Origin: Miltoncostaea sp.
GTDB lineage: Bacteria > Actinomycetota > Thermoleophilia > Miltoncostaeales > Miltoncostaeaceae
Direction of reading: 5' to 3'
Length of the DNA stretch: 11,282 nt
NCBI GenBank assembly: GCA_029288175.1
Contig: JARFPS010000171.1
Span: 1-11,282 of the forward strand
In this document: one piece after another, positions 1 through 7,521 of the stretch
Position numbering within the stretch: position 1 is the stretch's first letter
How the letters are laid out: each line of letters opens with the position of its first letter
The notes under the pieces: generated by a model
Database searches by the model: none
What the model was told of the DNA's origin: nothing
Seen by the model: the letters and a program-made list of their open reading frames with translations, nothing else
Translations under genes and position numbers: made by a program

Positions 1-1
1 C

Positions 2-373
2 AAGCGCACCGCGCTGACCGAGTATCCGCGCAAGGGTCGTCCCACCAAGGGCGTGCGCACCATCAAGCTGGCCGAGAACAAGGGCGGGCTCGTCGGTGCG
101 CGCACGGTGCGCGAGAACGACCAGCTGTTGCTGATCTCCAAGCACGGGCAGGTCATCCGCATCGACGTCGGCGCGGTCAAGCGCATGGGCCGGCCCACCG
201 AGGGTGTGCGGCTCATGGACACGGCGGACGACGACTGGGTCTGTGGGTTGGCCGCGGTGGACGAGCCCGACGAGAACGGCGCGCCGGAGGCGACGGACGG
301 CGGGTCGGCCCCCGACGACACGGCGAGCGACGCCGAGGTGCCGGCCGAGGAGGAGGCTCCGCCCACCGGGTGA
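2..373 (+). CDS. gyrA: Type IIA topoisomerase subunit A (DNA gyrase GyrA / topo IV ParC-like), C-terminal beta-pinwheel blade plus acidic tail; 5'-partial (runs off window start)
   Basis: The reading frame is open from base 2. The translation KRTALTEYPRKGRPTKGVRTIKLAENKGGLVGARTVRENDQLLLISKHGQVIRIDVGAVKRMGRPTEGVRLMD matches the repeated GyrA/ParC C-terminal blade pattern (..GrgtKGv..ikl.e.d.lvga..v.e.d.lllit..G.viR..v.ev..mgR.t.GVrlm). It ends in an Asp/Glu-rich tail, with stop TGA at 371-373. I cannot decide between GyrA and ParC from the sequence alone. Confidence 0.6.
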   Translation, partial: KRTALTEYPRKGRPTKGVRTIKLAENKGGLVGARTVRENDQLLLISKHGQVIRIDVGAVKRMGRPTEGVRLMDTADDDWVCGLAAVDEPDENGAPEATDGGSAPDDTASDAEVPAEEEAPPTG

Positions 374-376
374 GCT

Positions 377-391
377 CGGCGACCGGCGCCG
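377..391. terminator. Short GC hairpin (cggcg-accgg-cgccg) in the 21-bp gap between the convergent stops of the topoisomerase gene and the GalT-like gene; possible bidirectional terminator
   Basis: An inverted repeat CGGCG/CGCCG with a 5-nt loop is seen directly in the sequence. There is no U-tract, and the stem is short. Confidence 0.15.
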
Positions 392-394
392 CGC

Positions 395-1255
395 TCAGGC
401 GGCGAACGCCGGACGCAGCTCGGCGGCCACGTCCTGCGGAGCGCGGTGCGCCGCAATGACGCCAGCGCCCAGCTCGAGCCCCGCCAGAGTCCCGAGCCGG
501 GGGATCAGGTCGAGGTGCCAGTGGTACGACGGCGTTCCGCCGGGCGGGCGCTCGAACAGGCAGATGTTGACGTTCTCGGCCCCGAGCCCGCTCTCCACAG
601 CCTCCACCAGCCGCACGAGCGTCGCACCGAAGCCGGCGGCGTCGAGGCCGCTCCGCCAGTCCGGCGCCGGTCTCTCGGGCGCGACCCTGATGACCCCGGA
701 CATCGACGGTACCTCGGGACACCAGGCCACCAGGCCGGCCTCGCGGACCACGATGCGGTCGGTCGCGATGTCGTCGAGGAGCAGCCCCGCCCGCTGCGCG
801 AACGCCCGGTCGCGCGTGGCGAGCCGTCCGGGAACCATGGGCAGGCCGACGATCTGCGCATGGGTGTGGGTGAGCGATGCCCCGGCCAGTGCCCCCTGGT
901 TCAGGAAGAGATAGGGCGTCAGCCCGCGCGGGTCGTCGCCCACCGCCCGAAGTCGGTCCGCCCACACCCCCACCGCGGCCGCCGCCTCGTCGGGGGTCAG
1001 CTCGCTGAGCGACGCGAGGTGGCGCGGCGAGTTGATGACCACCTCGTGCGAGCCCTCGTCGGCCGGGACCGTGGGGAACTTGTTGGGAATGGCGCGCACC
1101 GTCCAGCCCGGCCCGTCGGCCCTACCGCCTCCCGGCCTCACGGCCTGGGTCTCCGGGGGTGTCGCGCTCTCGTTTCCCGGGCAGAACGGGCAGCCCGACG
1201 GGGAGCCCTTTCCGATGTCGTTCGGCCGCCCGGCGCGTGCAGGGGCGAGCAGCAC
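395..1255 (-). CDS. GalT-branch HIT-superfamily nucleotidyltransferase (galactose-1-phosphate uridylyltransferase / NDP-sugar phosphorylase-like)
   Basis: CPFCPGNE matches the zinc-binding CxxC motif of GalT (E. coli CFLCAGN). SPRH is an additional metal ligand. LTHTHAQIV matches the GalT active-site H-x-H-x-Q (E. coli PHPHGQIW). The annotated start is GTG at 1255. Recognisable GalT N-terminal homology (RIDPLTGEPVLLAPARAGRP, compare E. coli RYNPLTGQWILVSPHRAKRP) continues in-frame upstream to about 1294 with no ATG/GTG/TTG, so the true 5' end is uncertain. Confidence 0.75.
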   Translation of the reverse strand: MLLAPARAGRPNDIGKGSPSGCPFCPGNESATPPETQAVRPGGGRADGPGWTVRAIPNKFPTVPADEGSHEVVINSPRHLASLSELTPDEAAAAVGVWADRLRAVGDDPRGLTPYLFLNQGALAGASLTHTHAQIVGLPMVPGRLATRDRAFAQRAGLLLDDIATDRIVVREAGLVAWCPEVPSMSGVIRVAPERPAPDWRSGLDAAGFGATLVRLVEAVESGLGAENVNICLFERPPGGTPSYHWHLDLIPRLGTLAGLELGAGVIAAHRAPQDVAAELRPAFAA

Positions 1256-1290
1256 GGGCTCGCCCGTGAGGGGATCGATGCGGACCGGGG

Positions 1291-2100
1291 TCAGGAGGCG
1301 GCTCGCTCCTCGATCGCGGCCGGCCGGTCGCCGGCCTCCAGGCTGGCCTTGAGGGCCGCCATCAGGTCGACCGGGGCCGGGACCTGCTCGGTCTCGGCCG
1401 GGGTGATCGGCTCCTGTCCCGCGGCTTTGGCATCCAGGAACTCCTGCAGACGGGCGCGCGTCTCGTTCGGGTAGGCCCCGGGCTCGAACTCCTTGGTGAG
1501 GCCGTCGATCAGCTGCTCGGCCATCGACAGCTCCTCGTCGGCCACCTCGATGCCGTCCAGCCGGTCGGCGATGACGCGCTGCTCCGCCTGGCGCACGTCC
1601 TCGGGCCAGTAGAGCGTCTGCAGGGCCATCACACCGTCGACCGGCCGGAGAAGCACCAGGTGCTCGCGCGTAGAGAGCACGAACTTCCCGACCCCCGCGC
1701 GCCCCGTCCGCTCCATGGCCTCGGCCAGGAGGGCGTAGGGCCGCTCCGCCCGCTCCTGCGGCTCGATCCAGTAGGCGCGCTCGAAGAAGACCGGGTCGAC
1801 CTCTTCCAGTCGCACGAACTGAAGGATCTGGATGGTCCGCTCGTTGCGCACGGCGAAGCGGGTCAGCTCCTCCTCGTCGATCGGGATGAACCGCCCCTTG
1901 GCGACCTCGTACCCCTTGACCGTCTCGTCCCGCGGCACCTCGACGTCGCGCTCGGGGTCCCAGCGCTTCTGCTTGACCGGCTGACCGGTGGCCTTGGACA
2001 GCGTGCGGAAGCTGACGTCCTTGCGCTGCTGGGCGATGCCCACGGCCACCGGGATCGTCACCAGGCCGAACGAGATGAAGCCGTTCCAGATCGAGCGCAT
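1291..2100 (-). CDS. ku: Ku protein (bacterial non-homologous end-joining DNA-end-binding protein), minimal 269-aa form without a basic C-terminal tail
   Basis: The N-terminus MRSIWNGFISFGLVTIPVAVG is the bacterial Ku signature (M. tuberculosis Ku begins MRAIWTGSIAFGLVNVPVKV). Conservation continues through ...VDPVFFERAYWIEPQ... (Mtb VDPMMFDRSYFLEPD). Start ATG at 2100, stop TGA at 1293-1291. Confidence 0.9.
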   Translation of the reverse strand: MRSIWNGFISFGLVTIPVAVGIAQQRKDVSFRTLSKATGQPVKQKRWDPERDVEVPRDETVKGYEVAKGRFIPIDEEELTRFAVRNERTIQILQFVRLEEVDPVFFERAYWIEPQERAERPYALLAEAMERTGRAGVGKFVLSTREHLVLLRPVDGVMALQTLYWPEDVRQAEQRVIADRLDGIEVADEELSMAEQLIDGLTKEFEPGAYPNETRARLQEFLDAKAAGQEPITPAETEQVPAPVDLMAALKASLEAGDRPAAIEERAAS

Positions 2101-2130
2101 GGGGGTTCCGCTCCGGGGTGGGTCGAAAGG

Positions 2131-2970
2131 CTACCCGTGACCGTTGGGCGGAGAGCCGTCTGCGCCGACCCCGGCGCCCGTGCCGGTCTCCGCGCCCTCG
2201 CCGAGCGCGGCGCCCAGGGCACCGAGGCCCTTCATCGCTTCCATCATCTCGACCGGGAAGGGGATGATCAGGCTGCTGGTGTTGCCCGAGGAACCGATCT
2301 CGTTGACCGTCTGGAGGTAGCGCAGCTGCATGGCGCCGGCCTCGGTGGCGATGACCCGGGCCGCCTGGGAGAGCTTCTCGGACGCCTGGAACTCACCGTC
2401 CGCGGCGATGATCTTGGCGCGCCGCTCGCGCTCGGCCTCCGCCTGGCGCGCCAGGGCGCGCTGCATGTCGGTCGGAAGCTCGACGTCCTTCACCTCGACC
2501 ACGCTGACCTTCACGCCCCACGGCTCGGTCTGCTCGTCGATGATCTGCTGAAGGCGGTCGTTGATCTGGTCGCGCTCCGAGAGCAGGTGGTCGAGGTCGA
2601 CCTGGCCGAGCACGCTGCGCAGCGTGGTCTGCGAGATCTGCGACGTGGCCACCAGGAAGTTCTCGACCTGGACGATGGCCTTCGAGGCGTCGACCACGCG
2701 GAAGTAGGCGACCGCGTTGACCTTGACGGTGACGTTGTCGCGGGTGATGACCTCCTGCGGCGGCACGTTGAGCGTGACCGTCCGGAGGTCCACCTTCACG
2801 GCCTTGTCGATGAAGGGGATCAGGATGAACAGCCCCGGCCCCTTGATGCCGATGAGCCGACCCAGTCGGAAGACCACCCCGCGCTCGTACTCGCGGGCCA
2901 CCTTCACGGCCGCGAACAGGAACATCAGGGCGACCGCCAAGATGATGATGATCGCGATGAGGGCGCCCAT
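2131..2970 (-). CDS. SPFH / Band-7 (stomatin-prohibitin-flotillin-HflK/C) family membrane protein
   Basis: There is an N-terminal hydrophobic anchor ([18 protein letters not shown]). This is followed by [14 protein letters not shown]...PFID...VDLR, typical of the start of the SPFH domain. Next comes a coiled-coil region rich in [12 protein letters not shown], then a Gly/Ala-rich tail. An AAGGAG ribosome-binding site lies 7 nt upstream of ATG 2970 on the minus strand. Confidence 0.85.
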   Translation of the reverse strand: MGALIAIIIILAVALMFLFAAVKVAREYERGVVFRLGRLIGIKGPGLFILIPFIDKAVKVDLRTVTLNVPPQEVITRDNVTVKVNAVAYFRVVDASKAIVQVENFLVATSQISQTTLRSVLGQVDLDHLLSERDQINDRLQQIIDEQTEPWGVKVSVVEVKDVELPTDMQRALARQAEAERERRAKIIAADGEFQASEKLSQAARVIATEAGAMQLRYLQTVNEIGSSGNTSSLIIPFPVEMMEAMKGLGALGAALGEGAETGTGAGVGADGSPPNGHG

Positions 2971-3078
2971 GCCACGCTCCTTGATCGGGGTTCGGGGGCT
3001 CCGCCATCACAGATTGAAGCACGAACGGAGCGATTCTCGCGGTCATCCGTCGCCCGTTTGGGCTAGCATTGCGCCGCT
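2971..3078. promoter_or_regulatory. Divergent intergenic region (108 bp) expected to hold promoters for the minus-strand SPFH-ku-HIT genes and the plus-strand fab operon
   Basis: This is the only non-coding stretch longer than 40 bp in the first 10 kb, and it is flanked by divergent gene starts. A candidate -10-like hexamer TAGCAT sits at 3064-3069. Imperfect inverted repeats (cgaacgga/tccgtcg at about 3022-3053; gggct...agccc at 3060-3086) could be operator sites. I cannot verify any of these as real sites from sequence alone. Confidence 0.35.
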
Positions 3079-3534
3079 TTGAGCCCCGGTGAACCCCGTT
3101 CTGTGGCTCCTACCGAGCTTCTCCCCCACCGGCCACCGTTCCTGTTCGTCGACGAGATCGTCGACCTCCGACCGGGGGAGTCGGCCCGTGCCCGGTGGTA
3201 CGTCGATCCCGATGCGGCCTTCTTCGAGGGCCATTTCCCGGGGAACCCCATCCTCCCGGGGGTGATCATCGTGGAGGCGCTCGCACAGACCGGCGCCCTG
3301 GCGGCGCTGGCCGATCCCGAGACCGAAGGAAAGCTCGCCCTGTTCGCCGGTATCGACAAGGTGCGCTTCCGCAGGCCGGTGCGCCCCGGCGACACCCTGG
3401 ACATGGAGACCGCCCTCACGCGCAGGCGTGGCCCCGTGGGCGAGGGGAAGGGAGCCGCGGTGGTCGGCGACGAGAGGGCGTGCGAGGCCGTCGTGAGGTT
3501 CGCACTGGTCGACGTCGACGAGGCGACGACATGA
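3079..3534 (+). CDS. fabZ: 3-hydroxyacyl-ACP dehydratase FabZ
   Basis: LLPHRPPFLFVDEI, HFPGNPILPGV and IVEALAQTG match the FabZ/FabA hot-dog fold, including the active-site His region (E. coli LLPHRFPFLLVDRV ... [20 protein letters not shown]). The start is either TTG 3079 or GTG 3103. Stop TGA 3532-3534 overlaps the fabH ATG as ATGA. Confidence 0.88.
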   Translation: MSPGEPRSVAPTELLPHRPPFLFVDEIVDLRPGESARARWYVDPDAAFFEGHFPGNPILPGVIIVEALAQTGALAALADPETEGKLALFAGIDKVRFRRPVRPGDTLDMETALTRRRGPVGEGKGAAVVGDERACEAVVRFALVDVDEATT

Positions 3535-4553
3535 TCGCGGTCCGCAACGGCTCGCGGGCGCGCGCCCGACTCGTGGCGCTCGGGGCGCACGTGCCGGAGC
3601 GTGTCGTGACGAACGCCGAGATCGAGACATGGGTGGACACCACCGACGAGTGGATCACCACTCGCACCGGCATTCGTGAGCGCCGCTTCGTGGCCGAGGA
3701 CGAGGCGGCGAGCGATCTCGGCGTCGTGGCCGCCGAGCGCATCCTCGACGAGGCCGGGATGGCCGCGGCGGACGTCGACGTGCTCATCGTGCCCACGGCC
3801 AGCCCCGACCACATCTTCCCGTCGACGGCCGCCCTGGTGGCCGACCGCATCGGCGCGCACAAGGCTGCGGCCTTCGATCTGAACGCCGGCTGCACCGGGT
3901 TCGTCTACGCCCTGGCCCAGGCCTGCGCCCTCATCGAGTCGGGGATCGGGCGCAACGTGCTGGTGGTGGGGGCCGAGGCGCTGAGCCGCCTGATGGACCC
4001 CACCGACCGCAGCACGTGCATCCTGTTCGGCGACGCCGCCGCGGGCGCCTTGCTGGTGGCCGAGGAGGCGGATGCGCAAGGGGTCACCGGCTTCCTCGGC
4101 TTCGAGCTCGGCGCCGACGGCTCGGGCGGGCACGATCTGGTGGTCCCGGCGGGTGGCAGTCGTCAACCGCTCGGTGCGGTGGACGCTCCCGGCGATGCCT
4201 GCATCCAGATGAACGGCCGGGAGGTGTTCAGGTTCGCCACGCGGGTGATGGTCGACTCGTGCACCCGCATGCTCGAGGCGGTCGAGATGGGCATCGACGA
4301 GGTCGATCTGCTCATCGCCCACCAGGCCAACAGCCGCATCATCGACCACGCGGTTCCCAAGCTCGGCATCGACCCCGAGCGGGTGCTCAACAACCTCGAC
4401 CGCTACGGCAACACGAGCTCGGCCTCCATCCCGCTGGTGCTGACCGAGGCCCGTGACGACGGACGGCTTGAGCCGGGCCACCTGATGCTGCTGGTCGCCT
4501 TCGGCGCCGGCCTGACCTGGGGATCGACATTGGTGAGGTACGAACCCGCATGA
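3531..4553 (+). CDS. fabH: 3-oxoacyl-ACP synthase III (KAS III) FabH
   Basis: The protein aligns along its full length to FabH: VVTNAEIETWVDTTDEWITTRTGIRERRF; catalytic Cys in AFDLNAGCTGFVYAL; His in LIAHQANSRI; Asn in RYGNTSSASIP; C-terminal FGAGLTWGS. The start ATG at 3531 overlaps the fabZ stop as ATGA. The six-frame ORF extends upstream to 3195, but that stretch is antisense, non-coding-looking sequence. Confidence 0.92.
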   Translation: MIAVRNGSRARARLVALGAHVPERVVTNAEIETWVDTTDEWITTRTGIRERRFVAEDEAASDLGVVAAERILDEAGMAAADVDVLIVPTASPDHIFPSTAALVADRIGAHKAAAFDLNAGCTGFVYALAQACALIESGIGRNVLVVGAEALSRLMDPTDRSTCILFGDAAAGALLVAEEADAQGVTGFLGFELGADGSGGHDLVVPAGGSRQPLGAVDAPGDACIQMNGREVFRFATRVMVDSCTRMLEAVEMGIDEVDLLIAHQANSRIIDHAVPKLGIDPERVLNNLDRYGNTSSASIPLVLTEARDDGRLEPGHLMLLVAFGAGLTWGSTLVRYEPA

Positions 4554-5464
4554 TCGCCGTGATGTTCCCCGGACAGGGCGCCCAGACGGTCGGCATGGGC
4601 CACGATCTGGCCGACGCCTACGCCGTCGCCCGCGAGACCTTCGAGGAGGCCGACGACACGCTCGGCTACGCGTTGTCGGCGGTGTGCTTCGAGGGCCCGG
4701 CCGAGCGACTGACCCAGACCGACGTCTGTCAGCCGGCGCTGGTCGCCACCTCGATCGCGGCCTACCGGGTCGCGCGCGCCGAGGGTCTCGTCGCCGATGT
4801 GGTGCTGGGCCACTCGCTGGGCGAGTACAGCGCGCTCGTCGCCTGCGGCAGCCTCCCGTTCGATGCCGCGATCCGTCTGGTCGCCGAGCGGGGAGCGGCC
4901 ATGCAGGAGGCGGGGGACGCCACACCGGGGGCGATGGTCGCCCTGATCGGACTCGAGGACGACGCCGCCGAGGCCCTGTGCGCCGAGGTCGGCGACGTCT
5001 GGCCCGCGAACTTCAACTGCCCGGGCCAGGTGGTCGCTTCGGGGCGTGAGGAGGCTGTGGACCGGCTGGTGCGGCTTGCGGGAGAGCGCGGGATCAAGTG
5101 CGCCCGGCTCGCGGTCAGCGGCGCGTTCCACAGCCCCCTGATGGGTCCCGCGGCGGATCGCTTGGCGCCTGCGCTCGACGCCTGGGAGCCGGCCGAGCCG
5201 GACCCCCCGTTCCTGTCCACCACGACGGCCGCCCGGGAGACGACCGATCGCCTGCGACCGGTGCTGCTCGATCAGCTCACCAGCCCCGTCCGCTTCGGGG
5301 CGGCCGTCGAGGTCGCGCTGGCGGACGGTGCCGAACGCTTCGTCGAGGTCGGTCCCGGCAAGGTCCTCTCCGGTCTCGTCCGCCGCGTGAGGCGCGGTAC
5401 CGCCACCCTGCAGATCGGCGAGCCGGGGGACATCGCGGGCCTGGCCGACCTGACCGTCGCCTGA
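4550..5464 (+). CDS. fabD: Malonyl-CoA:ACP transacylase FabD
   Basis: MFPGQGAQ at the N-terminus. GHSLGEYSAL carries the catalytic serine (GHSxG). The gene is about 300 aa. Its start overlaps the fabH stop as ATGA. Confidence 0.92.
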   Translation: MIAVMFPGQGAQTVGMGHDLADAYAVARETFEEADDTLGYALSAVCFEGPAERLTQTDVCQPALVATSIAAYRVARAEGLVADVVLGHSLGEYSALVACGSLPFDAAIRLVAERGAAMQEAGDATPGAMVALIGLEDDAAEALCAEVGDVWPANFNCPGQVVASGREEAVDRLVRLAGERGIKCARLAVSGAFHSPLMGPAADRLAPALDAWEPAEPDPPFLSTTTAARETTDRLRPVLLDQLTSPVRFGAAVEVALADGAERFVEVGPGKVLSGLVRRVRRGTATLQIGEPGDIAGLADLTVA

Positions 5465-6201
5465 TGCCGACCGCGCTCGTCACGGGGGCCTCACGCGGGA
5501 TCGGCGCCGCCATCGCGCGCGCCCTCTCCGAGGAGGGCTTCGACGTCGCGGTGGGGTACCGGTCGGACGAGGAGGGCGCGCGGGCGACCGCGGCGGCGGT
5601 CGAGACGGCCGGGCGCCGGGCCAGCGTGCACGGTGGCGACATCGCCGACGCGGATGCGGCGGCGGCCCTCGTGGAGGGCGCCGAGGAGGCCCTCGGCCCG
5701 CTTGATGCGCTGGTTCTGAACGCAGGCGTGACGGCCGACGCGCTCGCCGTCCGCATGTCGGCCGAGGACTGGGGCTCGGTCATCGACACCAACCTGACGG
5801 GCGCCTTCAACGTGGTCCGTCCCGCGCTCCGCGGGATGATGCGCCGACGCGAGGGGAGCATCGTGGCCGTCTCGTCCGTCGTCGGGCTGACGGGCAACGC
5901 GGGCCAGTGCAACTACGCGGCCGCCAAGGCCGGTCTCATCGGCCTCGTCCGGTCGCTCGCGCGCGAGACGGGGGGTCGCGGCGTGCGGGTCAACGCGGTG
6001 GCGCCCGGCTACATCAGCACCGACATGACCGCCGGCCTGTCCGAGGAGCAGCGCGAGGCCATCCTCGGGGCCACCCCACTGGGCCGGCTGGGCGAGCCGG
6101 AGGACGTGGCCGGCGCGTGCGCATTCCTCTGCTCGCCCGAGGCCGCCTTCGTCACCGGGGCCGTCCTCACCGTCGACGGCGGCCTCGCCATGGGATCGTG
6201 A
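5464..6201 (+). CDS. fabG: 3-oxoacyl-ACP reductase FabG (SDR family)
   Basis: ALVTGASRGIGAAIA is the Rossmann TGxxxGIG motif. LVLNAGV is the NAG motif. S...NYAAAKAG provides the YxxxK catalytic residues. The product is 246 aa. Start ATG at 5464 overlaps the fabD stop as TGATG. The six-frame ORF extends upstream to 5098 in frame, but that stretch lies inside fabD. Confidence 0.88.
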   Translation: MPTALVTGASRGIGAAIARALSEEGFDVAVGYRSDEEGARATAAAVETAGRRASVHGGDIADADAAAALVEGAEEALGPLDALVLNAGVTADALAVRMSAEDWGSVIDTNLTGAFNVVRPALRGMMRRREGSIVAVSSVVGLTGNAGQCNYAAAKAGLIGLVRSLARETGGRGVRVNAVAPGYISTDMTAGLSEEQREAILGATPLGRLGEPEDVAGACAFLCSPEAAFVTGAVLTVDGGLAMGS

Positions 6202-6205
6202 GGCG

Positions 6206-7468
6206 ATGAGCGCGCCTCCACTCGATCAGCGCGTCGCCGTCACCGGGCTCGGCGTCGTGAGCCCCCTGGGCATCGGCGTCGACGCCACCTGGGCGGGCGC
6301 GACCGCGGGTGTCAGCGCGGCCGGCCCGATCACGCTCTACGACCCCTCGGAGACCCACACCACGATCGCCTGCGAGGTCAAGGACTTCGAGCCCGGTGAC
6401 CACATGCCGTCGCGGATCGCGCGGCGCATGGAGCGGTTCGCCCAGTTCGGCGTGGCGGCCGCCCGCATGGCCCTCGAGGACGCGGGGCTCAGCCTTGACG
6501 GCGCCGCGCGCGATCGCGCCGGCGCGATCGTGGGCAGCGGCATCGGCGGCCTCCGCTCGTTCGAGGTCCAGTCCGAGATCATGGCCGAGCGCGGCCCCAC
6601 GCGGCTGTCGCCGCTGTTCATTCCGTTGATGATCGCGAACATGGGCGCCGCCCAGATCTCGATGGAGCTCGGTCTGCGCGGACCGCTGTCGTGTGTCTGC
6701 ACCGCGTGCGCGTCGGGCAACCACGCCATCGGCGACGCCGCCGCGGCCATCCGTCGCGGGGACGCGGACGTCATGTTCGCCGGCGGCGCCGAGGCCACGA
6801 TCACCCAGATCGGCATCGGCGCCTTCAACGCCATGCGCGCCCTGTCGACGCGCAACGACGACCCGGAGGCCGCCAGCCGCCCGTTCGATGCGGATCGCGA
6901 CGGGTTCGTCATGGGCGAGGGCGCGGGGCTCCTTCTGCTCGAGCGAATGGATCAGGCGGTGGCCCGCGATGCCGAGATCTACTGTGAGCTCGTCGGCTAT
7001 GGGGCGACGGGCGACGCCCATCACCTCACCGAGCCCGATCCCACCGGCGAGGCGCCGGCGCGGGCCATGACGATGGCGCTCGAGCGCGCCGGGGTCACGC
7101 CCGAGGAGGTCGGATACGTCAACGCCCATGCCACGGCGACCCCGGTGGGCGACACCAGCGAGCTCGCCGTCCTGCGCATGGCCCTCGGCGACGCGGCCGC
7201 AACGACCCCCGTGAGCTCCACCAAGTCGATGCACGGGCACTGCCTGGGCGCGGCCGGCGGCATCGAGGGCGTGCTGACCGTCAAGGCCATGAAGGAAGGG
7301 CTCATCCCGCCGACCATCAACCTGGACAACCTCGATCCCGATTGCGAGGGGGTCGACCATGTGGCCAACGAGGCCCGGCCGGCCACGGTGGACGTGGCGG
7401 TGTCGAACGGGTTCGGGTTCGGCGGGCACAACGCGGTGATCGTGATGCGCCGGGCGGAGGACGCATAG
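6206..7468 (+). CDS. fabF: 3-oxoacyl-ACP synthase I/II (KAS II) FabF
   Basis: VAVTGLGVVSPLG at the N-terminus. Catalytic Cys in CTACASGNHAIGDA. His in NAHATATPVGD. His in KSMHGHCLGAAGG. C-terminal NGFGFGGHNA. The product is 420 aa. There are only 4 bp after the fabG stop, so there is no room for acpP. Confidence 0.92.
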   Translation: MSAPPLDQRVAVTGLGVVSPLGIGVDATWAGATAGVSAAGPITLYDPSETHTTIACEVKDFEPGDHMPSRIARRMERFAQFGVAAARMALEDAGLSLDGAARDRAGAIVGSGIGGLRSFEVQSEIMAERGPTRLSPLFIPLMIANMGAAQISMELGLRGPLSCVCTACASGNHAIGDAAAAIRRGDADVMFAGGAEATITQIGIGAFNAMRALSTRNDDPEAASRPFDADRDGFVMGEGAGLLLLERMDQAVARDAEIYCELVGYGATGDAHHLTEPDPTGEAPARAMTMALERAGVTPEEVGYVNAHATATPVGDTSELAVLRMALGDAAATTPVSSTKSMHGHCLGAAGGIEGVLTVKAMKEGLIPPTINLDNLDPDCEGVDHVANEARPATVDVAVSNGFGFGGHNAVIVMRRAEDA

Positions 7469-7521
7469 CGATCGGCGCGATCGATCCGCTGCGCTCGCTG
7501 ATCTTCCGCGCCAGCGACCTG

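Noticed and set aside
204-1474. Plus-strand ORFs 204..914 and 446..1474 and minus ORF 213..965 overlapping the GalT-like gene
   Set aside because: They are antisense or alternative-frame shadows of the GalT-like CDS. Their products are arginine/proline-rich with no recognisable domain.
2941-2960. GATGATGATGAT trinucleotide run
   Set aside because: It encodes the Ile-rich N-terminal membrane anchor (IAIIIIL) of the SPFH protein on the opposite strand, so it is a coding consequence rather than a regulatory repeat.
1660-3066. 468-aa plus-strand ORF across the Ku and SPFH genes; also 2393..3046- and 2717..3082+
   Set aside because: It is antisense to two well-supported genes and has acid/Leu/Arg-rich low-complexity translation, so it is a GC-bias artefact. 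The 2393..3046- frame shares the GalT frame only by chance and contains no start for about 380 codons.
3195-3530. Upstream in-frame extension of the FabH ORF (six-frame track starts it at 3195)
   Set aside because: FabH homology begins at ATG 3531, which overlaps the fabZ stop (ATGA). The extension lies inside fabZ in another frame.
3063-4925. 620-aa minus-strand ORF antisense to fabZ/fabH/fabD (also 3043..3630-, 3416..3895-, 4403..5131-, 4762..5223-)
   Set aside because: The translation is extremely Arg/Pro/Gly/Ala-rich with no motifs. It lies entirely antisense to genes with unambiguous FabZ/FabH/FabD homology. Long stop-free antisense frames are expected at about 70% GC.
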